This document shows, piece by piece, positions 27,701-37,327 of a DNA stretch of 64,000 nt. The notes beneath the pieces are model-generated. The model was not told the origin of the DNA. It searched no databases and saw only the letters and a program-made list of their open reading frames with translations. Source of the stretch: a virus (taxonomy: Duplodnaviria > Caudoviricetes); IMG/VR virus record IMGVR_UViG_3300021255_002536, positions 37,138 to 101,137 of that record; one strand, 5' to 3'. How positions within the stretch are numbered: position 1 is the first letter of the stretch; the number at the start of each line of letters is the position of its first letter. The position numbers and the translations under genes are program-made.

Positions 27701-28467
27701 CTACCGCAATCCTCCTTTTCGTCATCACACAGGGCGATAAAGATCGGGTTCCATGGGGTGCTAATCAGTACCTCCGATTGCGGTTCACCCTGACGCGAAA
27801 CGGCAGGCAGCGTCACCTTACCGACGGCCCACACCTTGAAGTCCTTCTGGATGTCCGACGGATGGAAATGCCAGGCTGATTCTTTATTCTGGGTGTCGAA
27901 ACCATACTGTTCGATGCCGTCGCGACTGAGCCAGGTTGTACAACCGAGGGCTGCCAGGTCTTGTGGCGTGAAGTCGGTCTTGGGTTCAAAAGTCAATACC
28001 TCCTGCGGACGGACGGCCACCTGTCGGAAGTCCCTATAACAGAGAGAGGGCCATTTCTCCTCCAGTTCCTCACGGGTATGGCCCGCATGCTCGGCGAGTT
28101 CCATACAGGTGTGTCGCAGATCCTCACCCACACAGATAAACGTCTGTGGCGAGTGGGAATCCTTCTGCCACCAATAGCCATAACCCTTCATGGCGGCATA
28201 GAGTTCGATGGCACCATAGCCACCACGCTTGGTCTTGGTACAGAACCAGTGTTCTACGGGCTTGCCATAGAGACCGCCACGCTTGCGCTGGTAGATAATG
28301 AAGTGGGGTGTGGACTTCTGCTGACCAGACGACTGACTACCTGGGGCCGTCTTACAGAACGGGCACCAACAGGCCAACTGACCTTCCTCGGTCTGTTGGT
28401 CGGCGGGTGTCACAAGCATCTGCAAAGGCAGCGCTGCCAATTCATCAATCAGTGGGTCGTAGATCAT
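24790..28467 (-). CDS. Primase-helicase-like replication protein
   Basis: N-terminal CPFC..H..C zinc-binding region, P-loop GGSGKST, WED, VTSNY, STMRR; EDLPF tail. Confidence 0.8.
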   Translation of the reverse strand: MIYDPLIDELAALPLQMLVTPADQQTEEGQLACWCPFCKTAPGSQSSGQQKSTPHFIIYQRKRGGLYGKPVEHWFCTKTKRGGYGAIELYAAMKGYGYWWQKDSHSPQTFICVGEDLRHTCMELAEHAGHTREELEEKWPSLCYRDFRQVAVRPQEVLTFEPKTDFTPQDLAALGCTTWLSRDGIEQYGFDTQNKESAWHFHPSDIQKDFKVWAVGKVTLPAVSRQGEPQSEVLISTPWNPIFIALCDDEKEDCGSIFRPAIEEQPPMVFSTTEEHTPAKVSRWLAGDKVFLRAVELRNSDRTGVAAAIKELEEEELEDGNISKTTKEWQSTVNGKGNTVLEQVDVPIETKDMKARAVIYCTTAQDAIATYYHLKALRCTYPKAFGNRWYHVCFPYGNVPFSSVHYNKMHRFAESIYTLYPSATKTTLKARDISCRYRDILRAELPEGISDRIHLYFPRLFCHPVQTVRDFFLAYRMLPREAFQNDEDINRLFSSCITSALSSDPFERKEKRDKNGFVKEVYYTINPATLWEFMASAGYARDVRPDEADKIGRFVHIDGPFADELEPSSMVQATIEQLKAYARQLNDSRPGMPDEYELMVQAVLRANKEINEKTIASLPSVKLNYNEGYGRHIEHFFYENGALRITDNEITLLPYDQIDFNVERAEKLHWNIQPLKELPFSISENPEYQERLSAIARKQNEKDDLGKPLYTLVQLEQEKNELALWAQSHRWIVDWKGKHEDEMWPTLRVIRGFANEEWEQEQQLLHDGKQFSSEEQMELDCRFANLIFCLGRMLWRYRDSKSNCISYLIENVVSAANRAEGGSGKSTFVRIFAGCAAHILNINGRDLISNKEFSANLAEYQHHKHRVVHWEDVDASLDFGKLYNLTTGDFSVRYMYKDRITIPLSEGPGHVVTSNYPLHDLDDSTMRRVCMGGFSHRFCGQNIMKNKAARYISDIMPDFNAVSPDKLSATSRNQIAMICALAVQFVMRYDEKVDAQKKYMEQRTLTQSLGEAFLRFARVFFAQEHVYGVPVDLDSMLEEYKSDFAEASKNKTDSFSPKAFKRRILDYCETAGIVMNPPQLFRRADGKVLKKAEQTNYFAHQAWCTRRYFEGREWEDDATIAPKQIRELVRTEHAVYFYRQGKDSIPANNDELMKVYTSFLNAPDPAPICDDNGNEVRLTEEEQNRWRSYLDAKQRKRTATNPAPQATGTVETAATQQPQEEDLPF

Positions 28468-28472
28468 ACGCC

Positions 28473-29126
28473 TTAATCCGCGTCAGGTAACATCGAGAAA
28501 CACTGCCATAAGGCCCATGAGGTACGGCGACAGTCGTAGGTGGCACTATGCACATTGCCTTGCTCCGGATAGGGAGGCATGGCATCATATACTTTCTTAT
28601 GGTCTGCCAGACCGTCGTGATGCAACATACAATAGCGGTCGCCAATCTCGGCAATGAAGGTACGGGCATCACGGCAGTTATGGAAGTGGACGGGGAAAAC
28701 TTTCTCCATATCGTAGCGACGCAGGATGGTACGCAGGATGCTCACGTCAAAGTCGGAGCCTTGCGCCCAGAGGATGAGCACATCTGCCTCAGTATAGTTC
28801 CTAACCTCACACAGCCAGTCAATGAAATTCATCATCACCTCACTCAGGGGATAGCAGTCGCCGGTCAGCACCTCACGCTTCACCTCTTCGGGTTTCTCAC
28901 TCCACCATTTGACTGTGGACGGATTGAAGTCGAAGCCGTCGGCCACACACGAACGGATATCCACCTTCGCCTCGAAGGGAGCAATCGCCTTGGGGAACAG
29001 CTCTTGGGAATCGACGGCATAGCGGTTAAATACTACGGCGGCCAACTGCAACACAGCGGCATTGCACGCCAGGGATAATGTTTCGAAATCAAAGGTAATG
29101 TCAACGATCTTCGTCATAATTGTCAA
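28473..29126 (-). CDS. DEDDh 3'-5' exonuclease (Rv2179c/DUF5051-like)
   Basis: DFETL, TVKWW, WAQGSDFD, RDART, HSATYDC. Confidence 0.85.
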   Translation of the reverse strand: MTIMTKIVDITFDFETLSLACNAAVLQLAAVVFNRYAVDSQELFPKAIAPFEAKVDIRSCVADGFDFNPSTVKWWSEKPEEVKREVLTGDCYPLSEVMMNFIDWLCEVRNYTEADVLILWAQGSDFDVSILRTILRRYDMEKVFPVHFHNCRDARTFIAEIGDRYCMLHHDGLADHKKVYDAMPPYPEQGNVHSATYDCRRTSWALWQCFSMLPDAD

Positions 29127-29133
29127 TTTTCAA

Positions 29134-29517
29134 TTAAAAATTAAAGAATTTCGTCAGGTTCAACCATTGGAAGTGGCAGGGATGCAGACGTTTCAGGGTG
29201 GCTTCTATCAGCAGCTTCATGTCAGACAGCGAGGCGAAGCGGAAATTGGGCTCGTGCAGCGTGACCTCTATTCGCTGAAGATTCTTACCAATGCGCCTGA
29301 TGACATCGTGGGCCTCGCGGATGGTGACGCGCTGGGCAATGCCGTGACCACATCCTATCAGATAGTCGAAAGTGCGCGTGAGCAACTGACGGTTGGCTCC
29401 GCGAAACTGGAAGCACACCTCACCGTCCTGTGCGTCTCTGTCATCGACCACTGCCACGACATGCAGTGGTCGGTAACTATCCTTCTGCGGCCTTCCCCTG
29501 CGGCATAGTTTCTTCAC
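29134..29517 (-). CDS. Hypothetical protein
   Basis: 127 aa with RRGRP AT-hook-like N-terminus. Confidence 0.7.
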   Translation of the reverse strand: MKKLCRRGRPQKDSYRPLHVVAVVDDRDAQDGEVCFQFRGANRQLLTRTFDYLIGCGHGIAQRVTIREAHDVIRRIGKNLQRIEVTLHEPNFRFASLSDMKLLIEATLKRLHPCHFQWLNLTKFFNF

Positions 29518-29986
29518 CAGAGCCTCCCTTCTCTATCTCACGCTCAAACTCTTCGATACATGCCTTCACACCGATGCGCTCGTAGTCGCTCCAGTCGTCG
29601 GTCGAGAACTTATTCAGCACAGAATTGCTACCCATGCCCATCTGGTTCATGTGTTCTGTAAACACCTTCTTCAGACCAAACGACATACCCAACACCCGAT
29701 AGAACACACCCTTGCCGTTCACCATTTCGTCGATGGTGGGCAACAGGTGGGTATCTACCCCGTCAGGGAAGATCTCGGCACGGTGGGCATCGATGAAGTC
29801 GCGCTTGATCTGATTGATACCCTTCAGTTCCCACTCGTGAAAGCCCTCCTTGAAGAAACGGTCGTAGGCAAAGTACTGCAAAGCGCCATACTTAGCCATC
29901 ACCGCAAAGAGCACCTTCTTCTGAGATGGTGTAAGGTCGTTACACTCCAAGTGAGTTTTCGGCTCTGTTATTTTTTCTATGATCAT
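29477..29986 (-). CDS. Hypothetical protein in Cro-like position
   Basis: First gene of the leftward operon divergent from the repressor. Confidence 0.7.
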   Translation of the reverse strand: MIIEKITEPKTHLECNDLTPSQKKVLFAVMAKYGALQYFAYDRFFKEGFHEWELKGINQIKRDFIDAHRAEIFPDGVDTHLLPTIDEMVNGKGVFYRVLGMSFGLKKVFTEHMNQMGMGSNSVLNKFSTDDWSDYERIGVKACIEEFEREIEKGGSGEETMPQGKAAEG

Positions 29987-30020
29987 ATTGTATATTTGAA
30001 TTTTTTTATTTAATTTTGCG

Positions 30021-30052
30021 CAAAGGTAAACATTTTATTTTGTCAAACCAAA
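30021..30052 (-). promoter_or_regulatory. Leftward promoter of the replication operon
   Basis: TTTG-N20-TACCTTTG overlapping a TATTTTGTCAAACCAAATA box. Confidence 0.7.
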
Positions 30053-30197
30053 TATTATCTAAGTTTTCTTTCAAATTTAACATTTAGCGACAAATATCAT
30101 ATTTGAGATTCAGTACATATCATATAATATATAAGTAGGCATTCCGACGAATTGTTACAGATAGGTTTAGTTAAATAACATTAAAACGAAAAGGATT

Positions 30198-30920
30198 ATG
30201 GATTACTCGTACAATTACAGGTTTCTCAGCGAGTTTCGCGAGGAAAACAAACTGTCGAAGCGTGACCTCCTGGAGGCATTAGGCAGTTCAGACTACACAG
30301 GCATCAACCGCTGGCTGGATGGTAAGACTCCCATCCACCTCACGGCCATGCTACGTTTATGCAACTACTACAACATTCCTATGAGCCGTTTCTTCTTCGA
30401 TGCCGACGGCGAGAGCACCCTGCACATCCTACCACCGGACGCAGACAGCCAGACCACACCCACCGATGACTACGGCATCAACAACACGGCGGGCAAATCG
30501 ATCATCGAGACCCACATCACCACACGCCTCATTTCCTCCCAATCCCAGGAGCGCATGGTCACAAAGGGCCTCTTAGAAAAGGATCGTTACTACGTGGGTG
30601 GCGCAGCGGTGAATCATGGGAACACAATGGGGACTGTCCATGCTGTGAGTAGCGATAGCGGATTACAGAGGGACTGTCCCCAATGTGTCCCTGGCTCCTC
30701 AGAGCCAATGCCTGAGTCAGAAGCTATCCTCCGTCTCAAACTCGAACACGCCAACGAGCTCCGTCAGTTGGAGCGCGACAGCCACGAGCGCGAAGATCGC
30801 ATCCGTCGCGACTGTCAGGCACAGTTCGATGCAGAGCGCAACCGGCTCATGGATATCATCGAACGCCAGAACGCAGAACTGGCCAAACTCTATAACGAGG
30901 GCAAAGAGGGCGTAAAGTAA
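30198..30920 (+). CDS. XRE-family HTH repressor with C-terminal coiled coil
   Basis: LSKRDLLEALG.....INRWLDGKTP.....LRLCNYYNIPMSRFF; divergent arrangement. Confidence 0.8.
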   Translation: MDYSYNYRFLSEFREENKLSKRDLLEALGSSDYTGINRWLDGKTPIHLTAMLRLCNYYNIPMSRFFFDADGESTLHILPPDADSQTTPTDDYGINNTAGKSIIETHITTRLISSQSQERMVTKGLLEKDRYYVGGAAVNHGNTMGTVHAVSSDSGLQRDCPQCVPGSSEPMPESEAILRLKLEHANELRQLERDSHEREDRIRRDCQAQFDAERNRLMDIIERQNAELAKLYNEGKEGVK

Positions 30921-30955
30921 CCGCCACCTTATTATTATATATACGCGCACAAATA

Positions 30956-30990
30956 GTAATCCCCGCCTGGCAAACATGAGCGGGGATTAC
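30956..30990. terminator. Terminator between convergent genes
   Basis: GTAATCCCCGC...GCGGGGATTAC. Confidence 0.7.
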
Positions 30991-31057
30991 AGTTTAACTC
31001 CTAAAAAAAATACAAAACGAAAGTCATTCAGCGTATCGTGAAAGAAAAGAAATTTTA

Positions 31058-31897
31058 TTAGTTCGATATGTCGTATTCTCTATTGGAAACATTGTAGTTA
31101 TAGATGAATTTCTCTTTGTTCGAGTCGTGTAATCCCTCTACCAGGCACGGACACTGACTGCCAATATAGAACTTATCGCGATGCACAAAGAAGATGGGCG
31201 TAACCATATTGTATAGGAAGGCGCTACGCTCAGGATCCTCCTTCGGCACATCACACTCCAACAGCGCAAACACCTCTTCCACCGTAATCACCGGCAGGGC
31301 TACCCTATCCTTCTCGGCCTTAATCGCCTTGCGCAACCACTGAGGGGCATCGGCCTTCGACTTGCACGGTTCGGCACCGTAGTACTCTAAGAAGGCTACG
31401 AAGGTCTTGTTATGCAGGGTCAGTTCTACGGCTGCTGCATCCTGCTCCTTATCATCAGTCAGTCGGTAGCCGATAATGGCAGCCCACTGAGCCAACGACT
31501 TCTGACCCTTCACCATCGGCCATGTCAGATGATCTTTGCCGTAGGTCTTATTCCAGGTGTCGGAGGGATGGAAACGGTCATCAGGCAATACCAGGATGTC
31601 GGAGCGAACCATACAGTTGGGCTCATAGATGCCGTTACCCTCTGCATCATCCAGACGCTTGCGCCATACACGAGGATCGGGCTTCTTATTGCCAAACAGC
31701 AGATAGTCGATGCCACCGTCATAGAACTGCACGGGTGGCTCATACTCTGTGGCACCGTACTTCTTTGCGTAGTCGTCGGCACGCTCACACACACGAATCT
31801 GGCGCTGCATCAACTTCTTCAGTCGCTTGCCAGCCTTGCTCTCTACATCACACCAATAGAAGTGTTTGCATTTGTCAATAACCAGTTTTTCAGCCAT
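31058..31897 (-). CDS. Hypothetical protein
   Basis: 279 aa; own -7 box TATCTTTG at 31927-31934. Confidence 0.75.
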   Translation of the reverse strand: MAEKLVIDKCKHFYWCDVESKAGKRLKKLMQRQIRVCERADDYAKKYGATEYEPPVQFYDGGIDYLLFGNKKPDPRVWRKRLDDAEGNGIYEPNCMVRSDILVLPDDRFHPSDTWNKTYGKDHLTWPMVKGQKSLAQWAAIIGYRLTDDKEQDAAAVELTLHNKTFVAFLEYYGAEPCKSKADAPQWLRKAIKAEKDRVALPVITVEEVFALLECDVPKEDPERSAFLYNMVTPIFFVHRDKFYIGSQCPCLVEGLHDSNKEKFIYNYNVSNREYDISN

Positions 31898-32014
31898 ATC
31901 GGGGAAAGATTATATTATTTTGGGCGCAAAGATACAAATTATTTTTTAATATCGAGTCATTTTCCCCGATATTATATATGTTAAATTTTACATCATATTA
32001 GAAAATAATAACAA

Positions 32015-32051
32015 TTTTATTTCGTCAATTCAAATATTATGTTTATCTTTG
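32015..32051 (+). promoter_or_regulatory. Rightward promoter with operator-like box
   Basis: TTTTATTTCGTCAATTCAAATATTATGTTTATCTTTG, nearly identical to the 12423-12460 promoter. Confidence 0.72.
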
Positions 32052-32076
32052 CCGACAAATTCAAATATCATATAAG

Positions 32077-32412
32077 ATGACCAGAAAGAAAAAGAACCAA
32101 GACATCCTCGAAGATGCGAAAGAGGCGGGAACCTCACTCTACGACTTCGTGATTACCCAGAAGGTCGATGCGTTTGTGGCTGCCTACCAACCGGTAGATC
32201 GCGAGTCGTTGGCCACTCAGCGTTTCGACGAAACGCGCCTGCGTACCTTCTTCAAGGCATATCCCTGCACCCTGGGCGACCCGCTGACCATCTATCTCTC
32301 CCTGCTCGAAGGCGAAGGCTTCTTTATGAAGGTCTCTACGATGAACGAGCCCGTCATCCTCGCCACCGAACGCGCCACCGAGTCCGAAATGCTCAAACTG
32401 GATGTGCTTTAA
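32077..32412 (+). CDS. Hypothetical protein
   Basis: First ORF of the rightward operon. Confidence 0.75.
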   Translation: MTRKKKNQDILEDAKEAGTSLYDFVITQKVDAFVAAYQPVDRESLATQRFDETRLRTFFKAYPCTLGDPLTIYLSLLEGEGFFMKVSTMNEPVILATERATESEMLKLDVL

Positions 32413-32456
32413 CAACACAGATATTCTTTTAACCACGAATTTAACGAATTACACGA

Positions 32457-34115
32457 ATGGGTGGACTACACGACATAAAGAAAAAGGATTGGGAGCGGCT
32501 GTTGAAAAAGAACGGCTTCAAACTCGACCGTGCGGGTAAGCACCAGATATGGAAGCACCCCGACGGCAGGATGATCCCGTCCAACAATAGTAGCACCATC
32601 AATCCCTGTGTGGCCCGACGGATGATTAAGGAGAATCGTCTGGAAGGTGCGCCCTGGGGATGGAGCGAACGGGCCGACAAAATAGAAGCCAAAGCCAAAG
32701 CTGCTGAAGAAAAGCAGGAGGCATGGAAAGTACAACTGCAAGAGGCCCAAGCCAAAATCGATGAAGAGAACCGCCAGCGCGAGGCCGAAGAACAGGCACG
32801 CGCCCAGCAGCTTCGCGAAGAGAAATATGCCGAACAGAAACGTATGGAAGCCGAGCGTCAAAAGAAACTCATGCAGGAGGCCGAAACACGTAAGACGACA
32901 GCGGTAAAACATTCGACTGGTTCATCAGAGCCCAAACCATCTAAATCTGCAATTACTAACATAACCCACTTGTATATGAATGAACAAAGACTAAAGAAAT
33001 TCCACGACTACCTCTGTGCCGTCGTAGAGTTTTACCAACAAAACAAGTCGTTGAAGAATTTCTCCACCTTGGCCAAACAGTACCAGGTGAAGGCTATCTC
33101 CAAGGATTATTTCTACCAGTTTAAACTCGACGAACTGAAACCAGGTCAGAAACCAGACCGTGCGCTGTCCGACAAAATCCGTTTGATGATGGCAGACGAT
33201 GATCTGAAACGTCGCCAGCAGATGCTCGACACCTTCCTGAAGGCTCAGGAACAAAAGGAGAGCGACGGCACCACCGAGGCACCAGAAACAAAGGAGCCCA
33301 CATTAGCAGAGCGCATAGATACGTTCGAAGCCCGCTTTGATTTGTTAGGCCCTGCTTTCGCAAGTCTTACCAATAGAGTATATAAAGACTTCGAGAAAGA
33401 ATTTGGTTCTACCGTCCACGACTTGCTGGGTACTGACTCCTATCAAGTGCGCTTCGACCCATTCCCTTATCTCAACGAGTGGGCCAATAACGTAGAGTTT
33501 GACCTTACCCGTATGGTATTCGATAATACCGATCCGGAAGAAGTACGCAAAAACATCCTCTTATGGAATGATAAGATTATGCACGCCTACCTGACATGGC
33601 TCTATGGAGGCACCGATGGCAAACAACTCAAACTGAACTTCGACGAACGTGGCAATGCTTACTATTCTGATAACGAACAGTTAATAGATCTGCTGCGCGA
33701 TCAACATCTGCTCGACCACACCCTATTTGTAAAAATTGAATCATGGAAGGGATGTGCTATCTGTGTCGCTGTCTATACCGAAGCGCCTGATGTTCTGATG
33801 GTCATCGATGAAGGCGAACCATCATTCTACACCATTGAAGATAATATCTGGCATTCGTTCCAGGGCAATACAATTCTCGCTCCTGATGGTTGCCATAACT
33901 TTGGCGGTTGGGGTACTCGTACCATCGTGGGCCACTGTCTGCGTCAGATCCTCCTACCTGCTAACATTGATGCAGCAAAAGCAGAACAGGCGCACGTCAG
34001 CAAACAGATGCGAGGTAAACTAATGAATGACATCAATAACTACCGTGACATCTGGCAGATGTACCATGACGAATGGGCAAAGGAGCGCCAGCAGGGTATG
34101 ATAGACTTTGGATAA
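32457..34115 (+). CDS. HicA-like N-terminal domain fused to coiled coil and unknown domains
   Basis: RLLKKNGF..DR.GKHQIWKHPDGR..P. Confidence 0.7.
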   Translation: MGGLHDIKKKDWERLLKKNGFKLDRAGKHQIWKHPDGRMIPSNNSSTINPCVARRMIKENRLEGAPWGWSERADKIEAKAKAAEEKQEAWKVQLQEAQAKIDEENRQREAEEQARAQQLREEKYAEQKRMEAERQKKLMQEAETRKTTAVKHSTGSSEPKPSKSAITNITHLYMNEQRLKKFHDYLCAVVEFYQQNKSLKNFSTLAKQYQVKAISKDYFYQFKLDELKPGQKPDRALSDKIRLMMADDDLKRRQQMLDTFLKAQEQKESDGTTEAPETKEPTLAERIDTFEARFDLLGPAFASLTNRVYKDFEKEFGSTVHDLLGTDSYQVRFDPFPYLNEWANNVEFDLTRMVFDNTDPEEVRKNILLWNDKIMHAYLTWLYGGTDGKQLKLNFDERGNAYYSDNEQLIDLLRDQHLLDHTLFVKIESWKGCAICVAVYTEAPDVLMVIDEGEPSFYTIEDNIWHSFQGNTILAPDGCHNFGGWGTRTIVGHCLRQILLPANIDAAKAEQAHVSKQMRGKLMNDINNYRDIWQMYHDEWAKERQQGMIDFG

Positions 34116-34137
34116 TTCACATTAAATAAATACTATT

Positions 34138-34632
34138 ATGGATAAAGAATCAATCATCAATGATTTCACAGTGAGAAACCTTCAGGATGCTTCATGTGAG
34201 GCCATCGAGAAAGAAGGTTGGGTTATCGCTATCCTGGCTAACATTGCACAGGCTGCCACTGAGGGCCACATGGATGGTGTCATCTTTGCTAAAGACCATG
34301 CCGAACTTGCTGACATGAAGAATGTCCGTAAGCTCTGTTACTATCTGCGTCACAAGGGCCTGTTTGCTATGCCAGACCGTAACAAAGACAATGAACTTCA
34401 GATTAATGTGTCATGGGACTGGAATAGCGATAAGCAGAAGGCTATAGATTTCGCAGAAGCATTGGGCGACCAATTAATAGTTGCCATGGAAGGTCTTACC
34501 TCCGACGTAGAGGACATCAAGGAAGTTATGGGCCACTACTTCATGGCAAAGCTGAAGGGTAATCATAGCGATTTCCGTAAGGCCATCGATGTAGTTCAGA
34601 GTCATCTATCCGAAGAAATCCCAGAGGAATGA
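34138..34632 (+). CDS. Hypothetical protein
   Basis: 164-aa ORF. Confidence 0.7.
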   Translation: MDKESIINDFTVRNLQDASCEAIEKEGWVIAILANIAQAATEGHMDGVIFAKDHAELADMKNVRKLCYYLRHKGLFAMPDRNKDNELQINVSWDWNSDKQKAIDFAEALGDQLIVAMEGLTSDVEDIKEVMGHYFMAKLKGNHSDFRKAIDVVQSHLSEEIPEE

Positions 34633-35072
34633 TCGTACATCGTTTTATGTCAGCGGAGGAATATCGGCGGTTGGTGAATGGGCAGCTGCTGGTGAACGAG
34701 AGCAAACATAAGGGCTTTCGCTCTGAAAGTCGCGGCTTCTGCTTCACCACCGACGAACCAAAGGAAGCCATTCGTTACCTCAGTGGCAACGTAGATACAG
34801 CCTACTGTGTAACGATGGATATTCCGGAATCGATGCTGCATAAGTCGAAGGCACTATATCGCGACTGGCAGAACGATGACGTGATGAGTTACACCTCACT
34901 GCCTACCAATGCCAACGATGTGCCGACGGTGGAAAAGACAGAATACTGCCTGACACGCTACTCCGTGGCCAAGGTGCGTATCATCGCCACCACCACCGAG
35001 TTTAATCACATACCAGGCATTAAGATGACACAACAACTGATGCAAGTGCTCGGCTATCGCAGAGCGAAGTAA
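34629..35072 (+). CDS. Hypothetical protein
   Basis: 147-aa ORF overlapping the previous stop. Confidence 0.7.
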   Translation: MIVHRFMSAEEYRRLVNGQLLVNESKHKGFRSESRGFCFTTDEPKEAIRYLSGNVDTAYCVTMDIPESMLHKSKALYRDWQNDDVMSYTSLPTNANDVPTVEKTEYCLTRYSVAKVRIIATTTEFNHIPGIKMTQQLMQVLGYRRAK

Positions 35073-35077
35073 ATTAC

Positions 35078-36118
35078 ATGAATATGACAATACAGGAAGC
35101 ATACGATAAATGGAGCGAAGAGAAGGATGTAAAGACCTTCGCCATCAAGTCACGTCAGTTCTGGAACCGTGCCTGGAAGAAGCTCGACATGAATATTCCA
35201 TGCAGCGAGGCAAAGATGCCGGTACTGCTCATGGCCCTGCAAGCCGTGTCGCTCGACAAAGAAACCGTCGTAAAGGCATCGTCTGTAATGGTGTACGTGC
35301 TGAAATATGCACATGCCCAGGACAGCAAGGCTAATCCCCTACCCGCTTTCGAGTACTCCGACATCCTACATCAGTGGGAGGGTAGCCCGACAGAAGATGA
35401 GTCAAAAGTTAAAGCGGGAACAAAATTACGCAAAGAAGCTCTGAAAGTACAGAAATCGGCGATAAAAGTACAAAATACCACCGATTTGGAACGAAAAGAG
35501 TTAAAATTAGAACGCGAAACACTAAAATCAGAACACGAGACTCCGGAAACAAAACCCACCAAAACGGAAATTTCTAAGCCAAAAGTGGAAAGAAAACGTT
35601 CCAAAAAGGAAACTTCCAAGCCAAAAAAGGCAAAAACGCCCCAAAAAGGGAACATTCGCCTGACGAAGGATGGCAAACGCTATAACCCTTCACGGGAGCG
35701 TCGTCAGATTGCCCAGATTGATCCAAGCACGATGGAGGTCATCAAGGTATGGCCCACACTCCGCGAACCGGAACGTGCGCTGCGCGTAACATCACTCTGG
35801 AGAGCCATCGCCAACCGTCGCACGTCAGGTGGTTACTACTGGTGCGACTTTGGCGACATCGATACCTTCGAACCCTCAGAGTCGCACAAGAATCCCGTCA
35901 TCTGTCACAAACCCGTCACCATCAGCAAAGATGTGGAGTTTGTCGTTCCTCCTACCAAACCAAAGAAAGAGGAAGCGCCAGCCGACGGCGTACACATTGG
36001 GAATGTACCGGAACAAAACCCTGCACTCTCTGACTGTACCGACAAAGCGCTCATCGACGAACTGAAGTATCGTGGCTGGCACGGACATATTCACCTCACT
36101 ATCGACGTTTACCTATAA
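35078..36118 (+). CDS. Protein with NUMOD1-like DNA-binding motif and Lys-rich linker
   Basis: IAQID.....IKVWPTLRE.ERAL.....RAI...RTSGGYYW. Confidence 0.65.
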   Translation: MNMTIQEAYDKWSEEKDVKTFAIKSRQFWNRAWKKLDMNIPCSEAKMPVLLMALQAVSLDKETVVKASSVMVYVLKYAHAQDSKANPLPAFEYSDILHQWEGSPTEDESKVKAGTKLRKEALKVQKSAIKVQNTTDLERKELKLERETLKSEHETPETKPTKTEISKPKVERKRSKKETSKPKKAKTPQKGNIRLTKDGKRYNPSRERRQIAQIDPSTMEVIKVWPTLREPERALRVTSLWRAIANRRTSGGYYWCDFGDIDTFEPSESHKNPVICHKPVTISKDVEFVVPPTKPKKEEAPADGVHIGNVPEQNPALSDCTDKALIDELKYRGWHGHIHLTIDVYL

Positions 36119-36130
36119 CATATTTATATT

Positions 36131-36265
36131 ATGGCTACCAAATGCAAAGGCAACGGATGCCTACTCAAAGGCTCCTGCCAACTCTTCGACTGGAACAGCA
36201 CCGACGAAAACGCGATGGATCACTGCGACCCCGAAACCCGCGAGTGCTACATCACGAGTGATTAA
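36131..36265 (+). CDS. Small Cys-rich protein (not in ORF track)
   Basis: MATKCKGNGCLLKGSC...HCDPETRECY, 44 aa, AT-rich leader. Confidence 0.55.
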   Translation: MATKCKGNGCLLKGSCQLFDWNSTDENAMDHCDPETRECYITSD

Positions 36266-36291
36266 TAACATTCTTAAAACAAAACAAAATT

Positions 36292-36813
36292 ATGAAACAA
36301 GAAAACGTAAATTACCCCCCCCTAAATGACTTGGAGGGTATGACGGTAGATGAGCTATTTGCTCTCCGTCAAAAGTGCCGTGAGGTGCGCGACAACATTT
36401 TCCACCGCACGAATGAAGAATCAGACAACATCCAGGCGAAACTCCGTAGAGAATACCACATCGAGCGACACCATTTTGATATGCAGCTCGACGAACTTCG
36501 CCGACAGTTAGATGAACTAAGACCCCGACAGGGCGAACCGGCAGCAAGATTAGAAATGGCCGACATCCGCACAAAGATGACCGAACTGAAATATCAGTTT
36601 TCGTGTAAGCGTGAGGACTACGAGGCTAAACTGGCCCAGAGTGCAACAGAACGCATGCGCAAGCGTGCTCAGGCCCAACTCGAATACGAGAATGCAGAGA
36701 TTGCCGTCTGCAAGGCCATACGCGATAAGAATGGTTTCCTGAACTTAGGACTACCCAATCAGAGTATCGTTCGCACAGCCGATAACCCGAATGGAACTAC
36801 ATCTGAAGATTAA
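36292..36813 (+). CDS. Coiled-coil protein with an in-frame C8 tract near the 5' end
   Basis: 173 aa; C8 at 36315-36322. Confidence 0.7.
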   Translation: MKQENVNYPPLNDLEGMTVDELFALRQKCREVRDNIFHRTNEESDNIQAKLRREYHIERHHFDMQLDELRRQLDELRPRQGEPAARLEMADIRTKMTELKYQFSCKREDYEAKLAQSATERMRKRAQAQLEYENAEIAVCKAIRDKNGFLNLGLPNQSIVRTADNPNGTTSED

Positions 36814-37156
36814 CGACGTGGTGGGAATGGATGACGATGGAAAGCACGTCATCCGTTTCCCAGCCGAAGATCTGAAAGCGGCATTGCTCGAAAAGCCTGG
36901 CTGGGTCATCGATGAGATTATACGCCCACTGATGAAAACAAATACCCGTCTGATAGCCGAAGCACTCGATAACAACGAACTGCGTAACACTATCTACATG
37001 CAGGAGAAAGCGGCACGAGAGGCCAAAGCCGAAAAGCGCGAACGTAAGCGCCTCTTTGAGATTGAGCGACAGCGACGTGCTGACCAGCATAAGGCATCCA
37101 TCGCTACCCGCAAGGCCCTCGACTTCTACCACGATATATTAGGAATTGAAGATTGA
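36791..37156 (+). CDS. Hypothetical protein
   Basis: 121-aa ORF. Confidence 0.7.
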   Translation: MELHLKINDVVGMDDDGKHVIRFPAEDLKAALLEKPGWVIDEIIRPLMKTNTRLIAEALDNNELRNTIYMQEKAAREAKAEKRERKRLFEIERQRRADQHKASIATRKALDFYHDILGIED

Positions 37157-37159
37157 ATT

Positions 37160-37327
37160 ATGAGTAAACCCAAAGTTTTAGCACGAGGCGTAGAATACTA
37201 CGAGGACACGGACACGCTATTGCTGATCCGCTGTCCCAAGTGCGGCAAAGAAAACTATGCACCGAACGTCGCCAAAGGCATCTGCACCTGGTGCGGCTAC
37301 GATGCCCACGAACTAATAAAGAAGTAA
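37160..37327 (+). CDS. Zn-ribbon small protein (not in ORF track)
   Basis: RCPKCGKENY.......CTWCGY, 55 aa. Confidence 0.65.
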   Translation: MSKPKVLARGVEYYEDTDTLLLIRCPKCGKENYAPNVAKGICTWCGYDAHELIKK

